Shown here in pieces: positions 10,136 to 20,256 of a stretch of 64,000 nucleotides of DNA (the first letter of the stretch is position 1; every line of letters begins with the position of its first letter). The notes below the pieces were generated by a model. The model was not told the DNA's origin. It worked only from the letters and a program-made list of their open reading frames with translations, and made no database searches. Source of the stretch: an uncultured Acidobacteriota bacterium. GTDB taxonomy: Bacteria; Acidobacteriota; Thermoanaerobaculia; Gp7-AA8. The position numbers and the translations under genes are program-made. The stretch lies in contig CAWGHO010000003.1 in the NCBI GenBank assembly GCA_963822445.1, positions 1,568,001-1,632,000 of the forward strand. The letters run 5' to 3'.

Positions 10136-10783
10136 ATGCGACAGACCGCGATCGTGACGGAGATTCAGCAGCTCGCACCGAGCGTCCGCCAGCTCACCGT
10201 TTCCTTCACCGAGGAGTTCCGTTTCCGTCCCGGGCAGTGGGTGAACTTCCGCTTTCCGGAAGGCGTTTCCCGCGCCTACACCATCGCTTCCGCGCCGCAG
10301 CGGCCCGAGGCTGTGCAGCTTTGCGTGCGGGTGGGGGCGGGGAAGGGTGGGGAGGCGCTGAGCAGGCTCGAAGCGGGAGCTGAAGTCGCGATCGACGGGC
10401 CGTATGGTGACTTCCTGTTGCCGGAAGACAACTCGAAATCAGTGGTCTTCCTCGCCGGCGACGTCGGCATCGCGCCGATCCGCAGCATCGTGCTTTACAT
10501 GATCGCCGAGGGCGATCCGCGCCATCCCGTGGTTCTGTACGAGCCCGACCAGCGCAACATCCTCTACGCCGGCGACTTCGACCCGCTGGCCCGCGCCGGC
10601 CACATCGTCCACGAGAGCGGCCCCATCGAAGGCCTGATCGAGCGCAATCGCTCGCTGATCAAAGGCGCCGTGGTGATGGCCGCCGGCTTCGACCCGTTCC
10701 TCGACCGCGTGAGCAAAGCCCTGCGATCGATCGAGGTCGATCCGGGGACGATGATCAGCGAGACGTTCGGGCCCCAGCCGTAG
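10136..10783 (+). CDS. FAD/NAD(P)-binding ferredoxin-reductase-like oxidoreductase
   Basis: FRPGQW, RAYTIAS, GPYGDF, LAGDVGIAP, C-terminal ETF. Confidence 0.85.
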   Translation: MRQTAIVTEIQQLAPSVRQLTVSFTEEFRFRPGQWVNFRFPEGVSRAYTIASAPQRPEAVQLCVRVGAGKGGEALSRLEAGAEVAIDGPYGDFLLPEDNSKSVVFLAGDVGIAPIRSIVLYMIAEGDPRHPVVLYEPDQRNILYAGDFDPLARAGHIVHESGPIEGLIERNRSLIKGAVVMAAGFDPFLDRVSKALRSIEVDPGTMISETFGPQP

Positions 10784-10897
10784 TGGGCAGTGGGCAGTAC
10801 GCCGCTTCGCGGCTGCGGTGGGCAGGAGAGGGTTCTTCGGTTTCCCCTGCGAGGCGCGCAGCGCCGGACTGCCCACTGCCTACTGGCTACTAACTAC
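10781..10897. repeat. Inverted heptamer-repeat element (TGGGCAG / CTGCCYA) between convergent genes
   Basis: tagtgggcagtgggcagtac...ctgcccactgcctactggctactaactac; same family as 8759-8850. Confidence 0.75.
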
Positions 10898-11550
10898 CTG
10901 AGCCATCCCGGCAAAATCCCTTCGCGGCGCGCGTCCTCGCGGAATTGCGCGAGTGCGCGCTCGGCGCGGGCGATCTCCAGGCGGGCGGCGGGCAATTGCT
11001 CGCGGGCCTGGACCAGACGCGTCGTCTGGTAGGTGAACTGGCGCGGCTCGAATCCGAGGCCTGTGAACGTGCGGATCTCCTGCTGCAGCTGGACGATACG
11101 CTGCTCGATCAGGTCCAGTTCCTCGTACGCCCGGCGCACCGTCTCCTCGTAGTCACGCGCCATTTGCCGCCAGGAGCGCTCGTCGCGCTTCCGCTGCTCG
11201 ACCTCGCCGCGGCTGGGTGGGGGCGGGGCGGGCGGGTACACCTGATCCGCGGGGATCGGGTCGCCGCCGTGATTCTTCTCCAGCTCCCGCAGCAGGCGGT
11301 CCCGCTCCTCGGCCGAAACCTTGAGACGGCGGATTTCCTCCGCCTCCGCCGCCTTCGCCGTCGCTGCTTCACCGCGGCGGGTGGCGTCCTCATCGACCTC
11401 CGAGGCGGGCATCGAGTACAGCAGCCCGTTCATCCGGAACGTGACGACGCCGTTCTCCAGCCGGACCGGCCCTTCGATGGCAATCCGGTCCCCGGAGCGC
11501 AGCACGAGCGTGGACGTGGCGATGGTGAACAGCAGCAGGAGCGTGTTCAT
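10894..11550 (-). CDS. Secreted coiled-coil hypothetical protein
   Basis: Signal peptide, small beta domain, long coiled coil, ends GILPGWLR. Confidence 0.7.
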   Translation of the reverse strand: MNTLLLLFTIATSTLVLRSGDRIAIEGPVRLENGVVTFRMNGLLYSMPASEVDEDATRRGEAATAKAAEAEEIRRLKVSAEERDRLLRELEKNHGGDPIPADQVYPPAPPPPSRGEVEQRKRDERSWRQMARDYEETVRRAYEELDLIEQRIVQLQQEIRTFTGLGFEPRQFTYQTTRLVQAREQLPAARLEIARAERALAQFREDARREGILPGWLR

Positions 11551-11621
11551 ACCCACACAGATTACGCTTTCGGCCCTGAATATTGCATCCGACCCGCGTC
11601 GGCTAGAATCCGCGCCGTTAC

Positions 11622-12899
11622 ATGGGAAGTACCGTTCCGCACCTGCACGTCCACTGGGTGGTGATCGCCGTCGTCTGCGGGATCTTCTATCTCATGTTCG
11701 ACGCTCTCCGTTCCTTCGCCCTCCAGCTCAGCCCGGTCAAGCTCCGGCGGCTGAGCACGGGCGCTGAGGAACAGGGCTTCCGCTGGACCTACTTCGACGT
11801 CGAAGACTTCCAGCTCGTCAGCGGCGCCATGCTCCAGATTGCCCTCCTGGTCGGTGCCGGCGCGACGGTGATGATCTTCGACGAGAAGGGTTTCGGCGCC
11901 GCCGTCCTCACCAGCGTCGGACTCTGGAGCGCGATCGTCCTCATCTGGAAGTTTCTCCTCGCCCTCGTTCCCGAAGACACGGGCGAGGTCATTCTCAAGG
12001 CCCTGCTCCCGATCTCCCGCATGAGCTACTTCCTCTTTTTCCCGCTGCTCTGGCCTCTGCGCAAACTGCTCGAGCGTCTCGGCCGCGCGCAGGAAGAGGA
12101 GGAAGAGGAGGAAGTCACCGACGAAGAGGTCCAGGCCTACATCGACGTCGGCGAAGAGGAAGGGATCATCGAGCCGTCCGAAGGCAGGATGCTGCAGTCG
12201 ATCGTCGACTTCGGTGACCGCCTCGCGCACGAGATCATGACCCCGCGCATCGACGTCTTCGCTTTCGACTCCCGCCGGCCGATCGAGGAACTGGCGAAGA
12301 TTTTCAGCGAGACCAAATACGCGCGCATCCCCATCTACGACCAGAGCATCGATCAGATCACCGGGATCGTGCACATCAAGGATCTGTTCGACAACTTCAT
12401 CCGCGGCGAGCAGAAGACGGTCGTCGACCTAGCGCGTCCGCCGTACTTCGTCTCGGAAACGAAGAAAGTCTCCGAGCTCCTGAAGGAGTTCCAGAGCGAG
12501 CATCTGCAGATCGCGGTCGTCGTCGATGAGTACGGCGGTACCGCCGGCATCATTACCACCGAGGACATCATCGAAGAGATCGTCGGTGAGATCGCCGACG
12601 AGCATGAGGACGAAGAAGCCACAGTCGTCGACCTCGGCGACGGAGCCTGGCTGGTCAGCGGTCTCCTGCGCGTCGAAGATCTCGAGGAGACGATCGACGC
12701 GAAGCTCTCCGGCGAGGATTACGAGACCGTCGCCGGCATGATCTTCACCAGTCTCGGCCGCGTTCCCGCAACCGGCACGATCATTCCGAAGAACGGCTAC
12801 CTGTTCGAGATCGAGCGCGCCGACCGCCGCCGCATCTATCGCGTCAAAGTCCGGAAAGATCCGAACTGGAACGCGGAAGAGCAAGAGGATCAGCAGTGA
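11622..12899 (+). CDS. HlyC/CorC (CNNM-CBS) family Mg2+/Co2+ transporter-associated protein
   Basis: TM region, IMTPR, YARIPIY, VVDEYGGTAGI.T.EDIIEEIVGEI.DE, CorC C-terminal domain. Confidence 0.92.
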   Translation: MGSTVPHLHVHWVVIAVVCGIFYLMFDALRSFALQLSPVKLRRLSTGAEEQGFRWTYFDVEDFQLVSGAMLQIALLVGAGATVMIFDEKGFGAAVLTSVGLWSAIVLIWKFLLALVPEDTGEVILKALLPISRMSYFLFFPLLWPLRKLLERLGRAQEEEEEEEVTDEEVQAYIDVGEEEGIIEPSEGRMLQSIVDFGDRLAHEIMTPRIDVFAFDSRRPIEELAKIFSETKYARIPIYDQSIDQITGIVHIKDLFDNFIRGEQKTVVDLARPPYFVSETKKVSELLKEFQSEHLQIAVVVDEYGGTAGIITTEDIIEEIVGEIADEHEDEEATVVDLGDGAWLVSGLLRVEDLEETIDAKLSGEDYETVAGMIFTSLGRVPATGTIIPKNGYLFEIERADRRRIYRVKVRKDPNWNAEEQEDQQ

Positions 12900-13804
12900 G
12901 CCAGTTCGGCGTCGTCGCGATCGTCGGCCGTCCCAACGCGGGCAAATCGACGCTCCTCAACCGCATCCTCGGCACGAAGGTCTCCATCGTCTCCGACAAG
13001 CCCCAGACCACGCGCAACCGCATCGTCGGCATTCTCACCGACGAGCGCGGCCAACTCGCGTTTCTCGACACACCCGGCATTCACAAGCCGCTGCACAAGC
13101 TCAACGCCCGGATGATGGATCACGTCCGCTCCTCGCTCAGCGAAGCTGATGTGATCGCGGTGATCGTCGATGCGACCGAGGAGTTCGGGAAGGGCGATCA
13201 ATTCGTGATCGAGCTCGTGCGCCAGGAAAAGGACCGCAACAGCGACGCGAAGCGCTTCCTCATCCTCAACAAGATCGATCGCCTCAAGAAAGAGAAGCTC
13301 CTGCCCCTCATGCAGCGCTACCACGACTTCGCGCTGTTCGACGAGATCATCCCGATCTCCGCGAAGGAAGGGGAGGGGATCGAGGAGCTCACGAATCTGC
13401 TCTTCAAGACCGTGGGGCAAGGCGAGGCGCTCTACCCGAAAGACGACTACACCACGCAGCCGGAGCGGTTCTTCGCCGCGGAGATCGTTCGCGAGAAAGT
13501 GCTCATCCACACCTCCGAGGAACTGCCGTACACGACCGCGGTGAACGTGGAGCGTTTCGAAGAAGACGAGGAAACGAACTTCATCACTATCTTCGCCACG
13601 ATTTACGTCGAGCGCGCGTCGCAGAAGCCGATCGTGATTGGCAAGCAGGGCTCGATGATCAAGAAGATCGGTACCGAGGCTCGGCAGGAACTGGAGAAGA
13701 TCCTCGGCGCGAAAGTCTTTCTCGACCTCCACGTATCGGTTCATGAAGGATGGCGCGAAGACGAGCGTTTCCTCGGCGAGCTCGAACACTACCTCGGCGA
13801 CTGA
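12896..13804 (+). CDS. era: GTPase Era
   Basis: GRPNAGKST, PQTTR, DTPG, NKID, EELPY, VIGKQG KH domain. Confidence 0.98.
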   Translation: MSQFGVVAIVGRPNAGKSTLLNRILGTKVSIVSDKPQTTRNRIVGILTDERGQLAFLDTPGIHKPLHKLNARMMDHVRSSLSEADVIAVIVDATEEFGKGDQFVIELVRQEKDRNSDAKRFLILNKIDRLKKEKLLPLMQRYHDFALFDEIIPISAKEGEGIEELTNLLFKTVGQGEALYPKDDYTTQPERFFAAEIVREKVLIHTSEELPYTTAVNVERFEEDEETNFITIFATIYVERASQKPIVIGKQGSMIKKIGTEARQELEKILGAKVFLDLHVSVHEGWREDERFLGELEHYLGD

Positions 13805-13897
13805 GGTCCTCGCTGACAGCGCACCCTTTCCCTCGCCGCTGCGCTACCATACGGGGCAGTCAGTCTTTTTTCTCACTGAAAATTCGAGGAGGCATCC

Positions 13898-16800
13898 ATG
13901 GCTACGCTCCGCGTCGTTCGTCCCCTTCTCCTTCTCCTGATCGCCCTCACCGCGATCCCGATGCTCGCGCAGCAGACCGGGGCCATCAGCGGCAAAGTCA
14001 CCACTGACGGTGCACCGCTGCCCGGAGTCACAGTCGAGGCGCGGTCGAACGTGCTGCCCCAGCCCCGCGTGACCGTCACGGACTCCAACGGTGAGTACCG
14101 ACTCCCGGCACTGCAGCCCGGAAGCTACACGCTGACCTTCACCCTCAGCGGAATGCGGACGGCGACGCGCAAAGCCGACGCGAACGTCGGCCAGACGACC
14201 TACGCCGACGTGGCCATGGGCGTGGAAGGTCTCGCCGAGACGATCACCGTCACCGCCGAGTCCACGCTCGTCGACCGGCAGTCGACGGAGATCCACAGCA
14301 GTCTGTCGAGCAAGGAGATCACCTCCCTTCCGCTGACCCAGGACTACCGCGACCTGCAGAAGCTCATCCCCGGAGTCATGTACACCCAGGACACCGTGCG
14401 CGGCCCCAGCGCCGGCGCCAGTGGACAGGACAACGTGTACATGTTCGACGGCGTCAACGTGACCATGCCGCTCTTCGGCGTGCTGAACGTCGAGCCGAAC
14501 ACCCGCGACGTCGCGCAGGTGAACGTGATCAAGGGCGGCGCCACCGCGGTCGACTTCAATCGCGCCGCCGGATTCCTGATCGATTCCGCCAGCAAATCCG
14601 GCCAGAACAACTTCTTCGGCGAATTGAGCTACCAGCTCATGGATCCGTCCTTCGTCTCCGATCAGAAGGGCGCCCAGAACCTGTTCTTCGACCAGGAGCG
14701 CTCCTGGATCACCGCCAACGTCGGCGGACCGATCCTGCCGGACCGGCTGTTCTTCTACACGTCGTACTACAAGCCCGAAGCGTCCCGTGAGAATCAGGCC
14801 AACCTGTATGGCGAGCTGCCGGCATTCACGAGCGATCGCGACGAATACTTCGCCAAGCTCACCGCCACACCGTTGCAGTCCATCCTTCTCAACGCCAGCT
14901 ATCGCGATTCGCACAAGATCGAGACGTCCGGCGACGCGTTCGGCTCGTTCCGCCCGGGAACGACCGGCACCGGCTACGACACGAAGCTGCAGATCGGCAC
15001 CTTCGAGGCCTCGTGGGTCATCAACAACAACAGCTACGCCACCGGCAAGTACACCGACTACCGGAACCCGGGATTCGGCACGGCCGACTTCATCGCGGAC
15101 GTGACGCCGGTCTTCACGAATGGCACGCAGCTCAACCTCGCCGACCTCGGTGCTCAGGGCCGTCTGGTCGTGCCGTCGCTGATTGTCGGAAATGCGGCGC
15201 AGAACGCGTTCGTCTCGCCGTTCATCGAGAAGTACGGATACATCTGCCCGCCGAACCCCTCGGCGCAGGGTCTCAACTGCGTTGCCGGTCAGCGCACCGG
15301 CGGCGGCACGGTCGGATTCGGCCAGTTCGCGCGTGATGACGACAGCTTCTACCGCAAGGGCTTCCAGGTCGGCTACAACCACACCCTCGGCAGCTCGATC
15401 ACGCACGACCTGCACGTCGGGTTTCAGAACTACACCGATTCCGAGGACCGCTTCCAGACGTCGAACGGCTGGGGCCTGCTCAGCGTACCGGCCGGCATCG
15501 GAACCGCCGGCACCTGCCCGGCCACCGCGTGCGGCACGGCCACACCGGCGTTCTTCGTCGCCCAGGTCAGCCAGCAGGGCGCCCGTGGCGTCCCTGAGAT
15601 TCATTCAGAGTTCGTGTCGACGAGCATCGAGCTGAACGACTCCATCCGCATGAACAACTGGTCGTTCAACGTCGGCGTCCTGCTCAGCGAGGACATTCTG
15701 TACGGACAGGGTCTGGCCAAGGCGGACAACTACGCCGGATACACGACCTCGCCCGGCACGAAGTACAAGATGCACACGTTCGGCTTCGAGGAGCAGATCC
15801 AGCCGCGCCTCGGCGCGACCTGGGCCTACAACGGCACGGACACCCTCTACGCCAGCTATGGCCGCTACAGCCCGGCGGCGAACTCGGACGCGCGCGCCGC
15901 GTCGTGGGACCGCAACCTCGTCGCCCAGCTCAACGTGTACTTCAATCAGGCCGGCCAGCTCATCGGCATCCAGCCGAACGCTTCCTCGTCCGGCAAGTGG
16001 TGGCAGGAAGACATCAAGCATCCCAAAGTCGACGAGTTCATGATCGGCACCGCCCAGCAGTGGACGTCCGGCTTCTCGACCCGTCTCTACACCCGCTACC
16101 GTGAAGGCAGCGACTTCCTCGAAGACACCAACAACAACGCGCGTGCCCTCGCGGACTCTCCGGCCGACCTCACCAACGACGACTACATTCCCGACCTCTG
16201 CAACGGCACGCTCTCCAGCTGCGGCCCGAACACGATTCGCGGCTCGATTGGCAGCGGATCGACTTACGTCATCGCCAACCTCGACGGCGCGTTCACCAAG
16301 TACTACGAGGCGACGATGGAGTCGTCGTGGCGGACCGACAAGCTCTATCTCAATGGCTCGTACACCTGGAGCCACTACTATGGCAACTTCGACCAGGACA
16401 ACACGTCGTTCGCCGACGCGAACGACGCGGCGATCTTCATCGGCTCGTCGAACATCGCTGATGGCGCGGGCCGGCAGCTCTGGAACAACAAGTACGGCGA
16501 CCTGCGCGGTGACCGCCGCAATGTGGTGAAGGTCTCGACGACGTACGACCTTCCGTGGCGCGCGAACGTCGGCGCATTCGGCCTGTATCAGTCGGGCCAG
16601 CCGTACCAGATCGAGAGCGTTCTTCCGTTTCGTCCGCTGACCGGTTCGACGAGCGATACCAATCGCTATGCAGAACCGGCAGGCGCGCGGAAAACGCCGT
16701 CCCATCATCAGCTCGACCTGAAGTACACGCAGAGCATTCCTCTGCCCCGCGGCATCACCTTCCAGATCATCGGGGACATGTTCAACGTCTTCGACAAGCA

Positions 16801-17005
16801 GACCGGGTTCGACTACGAGACGCGCATCGGAGCGCTCAACTTCACGACCCGCACCGACGTACCCACCGTCGACATTCCGTCGACGATTTCGCCGGCGACT
16901 CTCGCTGCTCTGAATCTCGCACCGGGAGCGCGCCTCAACGCTCCGTTCCCGAAGAGGTTCTATGCGCCGCGCCGGTTCCAGATTATGGCGCGCGTTCAGT
17001 TCTAG
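13898..17005 (+). CDS. TonB-dependent receptor (Oar-like) with carboxypeptidase-regulatory domain
   Basis: Signal peptide, GAPLPGVTV, plug N.Y.FDGVN, QPRLGATW, PRRFQIMARVQF end; RBS gaggagg. Confidence 0.9.
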   Translation: MATLRVVRPLLLLLIALTAIPMLAQQTGAISGKVTTDGAPLPGVTVEARSNVLPQPRVTVTDSNGEYRLPALQPGSYTLTFTLSGMRTATRKADANVGQTTYADVAMGVEGLAETITVTAESTLVDRQSTEIHSSLSSKEITSLPLTQDYRDLQKLIPGVMYTQDTVRGPSAGASGQDNVYMFDGVNVTMPLFGVLNVEPNTRDVAQVNVIKGGATAVDFNRAAGFLIDSASKSGQNNFFGELSYQLMDPSFVSDQKGAQNLFFDQERSWITANVGGPILPDRLFFYTSYYKPEASRENQANLYGELPAFTSDRDEYFAKLTATPLQSILLNASYRDSHKIETSGDAFGSFRPGTTGTGYDTKLQIGTFEASWVINNNSYATGKYTDYRNPGFGTADFIADVTPVFTNGTQLNLADLGAQGRLVVPSLIVGNAAQNAFVSPFIEKYGYICPPNPSAQGLNCVAGQRTGGGTVGFGQFARDDDSFYRKGFQVGYNHTLGSSITHDLHVGFQNYTDSEDRFQTSNGWGLLSVPAGIGTAGTCPATACGTATPAFFVAQVSQQGARGVPEIHSEFVSTSIELNDSIRMNNWSFNVGVLLSEDILYGQGLAKADNYAGYTTSPGTKYKMHTFGFEEQIQPRLGATWAYNGTDTLYASYGRYSPAANSDARAASWDRNLVAQLNVYFNQAGQLIGIQPNASSSGKWWQEDIKHPKVDEFMIGTAQQWTSGFSTRLYTRYREGSDFLEDTNNNARALADSPADLTNDDYIPDLCNGTLSSCGPNTIRGSIGSGSTYVIANLDGAFTKYYEATMESSWRTDKLYLNGSYTWSHYYGNFDQDNTSFADANDAAIFIGSSNIADGAGRQLWNNKYGDLRGDRRNVVKVSTTYDLPWRANVGAFGLYQSGQPYQIESVLPFRPLTGSTSDTNRYAEPAGARKTPSHHQLDLKYTQSIPLPRGITFQIIGDMFNVFDKQTGFDYETRIGALNFTTRTDVPTVDIPSTISPATLAALNLAPGARLNAPFPKRFYAPRRFQIMARVQF

Positions 17006-17024
17006 ACTTTTTCAGCGCACTCAC

Positions 17025-17053
17025 GAAAGCCCGGCGGCAACGCCGGGCTTTTT
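17025..17053 (+). terminator. Rho-independent terminator (probably bidirectional)
   Basis: aaagcccggcg-gcaa-cgccgggcttttt between convergent genes. Confidence 0.85.
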
Positions 17054-19014
17054 CATTTCTGGAAGAGCCGCTCGTTCGCGATGAGGCCGCGGGTCATGTC
17101 GTTCGCGTGGGTGCGCGCTGCGGCGATGCGGGCCTCGCTGTCCGGCTCGCGCAACAGGACGCTGACCTGGGCGCGTTTGAAGAGGGCCAGCGGATACGCG
17201 GGATGGGAGGCGGGCACGCGATCGAGGGCGTCGCGCGCCGCCTCGAACCGCCGCACGGCGAGATAGAGAACGCCGAGCTCGAGATGATTGCGAAACGCGT
17301 CGCCCTGGGCCGCGCGCGCTTTTTCGAAGGCGTCGATGGCCGCCGCGGTCTGTCCGATTTCCATGGCCATCTCGCCGACGCGCAGGAGCTCCGCGGGCGT
17401 GGCGGCGCGTTTCGCGTAGATCTTCTGCCGTAGCGCGATGGCGTCGGGAAGCTGGCCCTGGCGTTCGCGAATCACGGCCAGCGCCTGCAGCGCCGGAAGG
17501 CGATCGGGATCCTCGGCCACCACGCGCTCGAGCAGCGGAACCGCGCGTGGCCAGTCGCGGCCGCGCGCGAGATGCAACGCAAAGTACGTTCGTACATCCG
17601 CCGAGTCAGGCGCGATCTGTTGCGCGCGCAGAAAGGCGGCTTCCGCCTTAGCGTCGTGGCCCAGCGAAGAATGCGCGGTCGCGAGCCGCAGCGCGCAATC
17701 GAGGTTGTACGGATCGGCCGCGAGGATCTTTTCCAGCAGTGGAACGACCTCCGCGTACTGTCCGCGGACGAACAGCGCCGACGCGCGGTCGAGGGAATCG
17801 AAGAGATGGGCCATGTCCGCGGCGCGGGGAGCGTCCTTGCGAACGACGGGCTTCACGCCCGCTGAGACGTATCCGAGGCTGGCCAGCTTCTGCCGCTCTT
17901 CCTCACTCAATGAAGATGAGGGCGGCGGCGCGGCGAGCGAGGGCAGGGGATAGTCGCGCAATGCTGCACGTGCCACGCGGGGGATGCCAGACGCGGAAAG
18001 ATCGCGCGTCTCGCGCGGATCGGCGATGACGTCGTACAGCTCGGTCTTGCCGCCCGAAAGGATCGTTTTCTGATTCCGTTCGACGGCCATGGTCTGCGGC
18101 TGCCATCCGTAATCGAGAAAGGGCTTCATCGCTTCGCCGAGGATCACGCCTTCGTGCTCGCTGCGCAGGCTGTGCGTTGCGTCGACGCCGGCCCAGTCGA
18201 GAATCGTGTGAAAGATGCGCCGCGTGCTGACTGGCGCGGCAGTCGCGCCGGGCGTGAATCCGGGACCTTCGATGATCAGCGGCACGTGCATCGTCGACTG
18301 GTAGAGCAGGTTCCCGTGCTGCGCCTCGCCATGCTCGCCGAGCCCCTCGCCATGATCCGCCGCGATGACGATGGCGACCGGCGTCTTCGCGTGCTTGCGG
18401 AAGGCCTCGACGAGCCTGCCGACCTGTGCGTCCATCGACGCGATCTCGCCGGCGTACGTCGGAACGTACGGATGATGCGGGTCGTAGTAATGCACCCACA
18501 GAAACAGCGGCTTGTCGCGCGGATCGCTCAGGAACGGGAGGACGCGCTCGTTCGTCTGCGCCGCGGTGCGCTCCACTGCCTCGCCGCCGAACTCGTCGTC
18601 GTAGCGCTCGAATCCACGCCCGAGCCCGAACCTTCGTGCGAGCGCAAACGTCGACACGAACGCCGCGGTCGCGTAACCGCGCTCGCGAAGCTTTTCGGGA
18701 AGGAGCGGATGCTGTTCGCCGAGATACCGTCCATTCTCGTGAACCCCATGTCCGGCCGGATACAGGCCGGTCATCATCGAGCTGTGCGAGGGAAGCGTCT
18801 GCGGCGTCGTGGCGTACGCCTGCGTGAAAACGCGGCCGCGCGCCGCGACGGCATTGATCGACGGCGTGCGCGGCCCGATCGCGTCCGCGCGAGTGGTGTC
18901 GAGGGTGATCAGGAGGATCGAGGGCTTCGGAGTATCGGCCGCGACCGGAGCAACCGCCTCACGTTTGGAGCAGGCGATCAGGAACAGAAGAAGAACCGCG
19001 GCACGCCGGAGCAT
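17053..19014 (-). CDS. Sulfatase-like hydrolase with C-terminal TPR repeats (lipoprotein)
   Basis: LITLDTTRAD, TLPSHSSMMTG, WVHYYDPH, ADHGEGLGEHGE, L.SLGY, TPRs; lipobox LIAC. Confidence 0.9.
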   Translation of the reverse strand: MLRRAAVLLLFLIACSKREAVAPVAADTPKPSILLITLDTTRADAIGPRTPSINAVAARGRVFTQAYATTPQTLPSHSSMMTGLYPAGHGVHENGRYLGEQHPLLPEKLRERGYATAAFVSTFALARRFGLGRGFERYDDEFGGEAVERTAAQTNERVLPFLSDPRDKPLFLWVHYYDPHHPYVPTYAGEIASMDAQVGRLVEAFRKHAKTPVAIVIAADHGEGLGEHGEAQHGNLLYQSTMHVPLIIEGPGFTPGATAAPVSTRRIFHTILDWAGVDATHSLRSEHEGVILGEAMKPFLDYGWQPQTMAVERNQKTILSGGKTELYDVIADPRETRDLSASGIPRVARAALRDYPLPSLAAPPPSSSLSEEERQKLASLGYVSAGVKPVVRKDAPRAADMAHLFDSLDRASALFVRGQYAEVVPLLEKILAADPYNLDCALRLATAHSSLGHDAKAEAAFLRAQQIAPDSADVRTYFALHLARGRDWPRAVPLLERVVAEDPDRLPALQALAVIRERQGQLPDAIALRQKIYAKRAATPAELLRVGEMAMEIGQTAAAIDAFEKARAAQGDAFRNHLELGVLYLAVRRFEAARDALDRVPASHPAYPLALFKRAQVSVLLREPDSEARIAAARTHANDMTRGLIANERLFQK

Positions 19015-19049
19015 CGCGGCATTCTAGGGGAGCGGTTACCATCGCCCGC

Positions 19050-19628
19050 ATGCTGAATTACATCTGGTTCGGTCTGATGGCGATCGCGCTCGTGATCGCG
19101 GCATTCAACGGGACCGCCGAGGCGGTGTCGAAGGCGGCGGTGGACTCGGCGAAGACGGCTGTGGAGATTGCGATCGGCCTCGTCGGCGTGATGACGCTCT
19201 GGCTGGGCATGATGCGCATCGCCGAAGCAGCGGGCCTGGTCGCCCTCCTCGGCCGCGCATTGCGCCCCGTCCTGCGATGGCTCTTTCCTGAAGTGCCGGC
19301 CGAGCATCCTGCGAACGGCGCGATCGTAATGTCCATCGCCGCGAACATGCTCGGCCTCAACAACGCCGCCACGCCGCTCGGCATCAAGGCGATGGAAGAG
19401 CTGCAGACGCTTAACGAAGACAAGGAAACGGCCAGCAACCCCATGGTCACCTTCATGGCCCTCAACACCTCGGGCGTGCAGCTCATCCCGACCACGATGA
19501 TCGGGATTCTTCTCGCGGCCGGCTCGATCAATCCCACCTGGATCATCGCGCCGTCGCTCGTCGCGACGTTCACCGGCACCGTCGCGGCGGTTCTCGCCGC
19601 GAAGATGTTGCAGAGGTTCTACCGATGA
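19050..19628 (+). CDS. spmA: SpmA-like nucleoside-recognition (Gate) membrane protein
   Basis: MLNYIW, LWLGMMRIAE, ANMLGLNNAATPLGIKAM. Confidence 0.92.
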   Translation: MLNYIWFGLMAIALVIAAFNGTAEAVSKAAVDSAKTAVEIAIGLVGVMTLWLGMMRIAEAAGLVALLGRALRPVLRWLFPEVPAEHPANGAIVMSIAANMLGLNNAATPLGIKAMEELQTLNEDKETASNPMVTFMALNTSGVQLIPTTMIGILLAAGSINPTWIIAPSLVATFTGTVAAVLAAKMLQRFYR

Positions 19629-20158
19629 TCCGCTACACCCTCGAGCAGATCTCGCTGTGGGCCATCCCGGTCCTGCTGGTCACCATTCCGTTGATCGGCC
19701 TCATTCGCAAGGTGAAGGTCTACGACGTGTTCGTCGACGGCGCAAAGGAAGGCTTCGGCGTGGCGGTGAACATCATCCCGTTTCTGGTCGGCCTGCTCGT
19801 GGCCATCGGCATGTTCCGCGCGTCGGGCGCGATGGATCTGTTGACCGCGGCGCTGAAGCCGGTCATGGCGGCGACCGGATTTCCGGCCGAACTCTTTCCG
19901 CTGGCGATTCTGCGCACGCTGACCGGAAGCGGCTCCCTCGCGTTCACAACGGACCTGATCAAAACCTACGGACCCGATTCGCTGATCGGCCGCATGGCCG
20001 CGACGATGTACGGCAGCTCGGAGACGACGTTTTACGTGCTGGCGGTGTATTTCGGCGCGGTCGCGGTGAAGCGCACGCGCCATGCGGTGCCGGCGGCGTT
20101 GATCGGGGATCTAGTCGCCGCGATCGCGACCGTTGCCATCTGTATGTGGATGTTCTGA
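19625..20158 (+). CDS. spmB: SpmB-like membrane protein
   Basis: VYDVFVDGAKEG, FRASGA, GSSETTFYVLAVYFG. Confidence 0.92.
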   Translation: MIRYTLEQISLWAIPVLLVTIPLIGLIRKVKVYDVFVDGAKEGFGVAVNIIPFLVGLLVAIGMFRASGAMDLLTAALKPVMAATGFPAELFPLAILRTLTGSGSLAFTTDLIKTYGPDSLIGRMAATMYGSSETTFYVLAVYFGAVAVKRTRHAVPAALIGDLVAAIATVAICMWMF

Positions 20159-20256
20159 CTCTGGAGTGCGGCAGCAAAGCTGCCGCTCTGGCTTGCGCGA
20201 GCCGCAGCTCGCGCTGCGGCAAGTGAGAGCGGCGGCTTTGCCGCCGCAGTCCAGAG
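20159..20256. repeat. GGAG-type REP doublet (REPIN-like)
   Basis: ctctggagtgcggcagcaaagctgccgct...agcggcggctttgccgccgcagtccagag; related copies at 42367 and 46777. Confidence 0.8.

Noticed and set aside
19050-20158. spmAB as evidence for sporulation
   Set aside because: Outer-membrane genes (bamD, TonB receptor) indicate a diderm, and spmAB homologs are widespread in non-sporulators.
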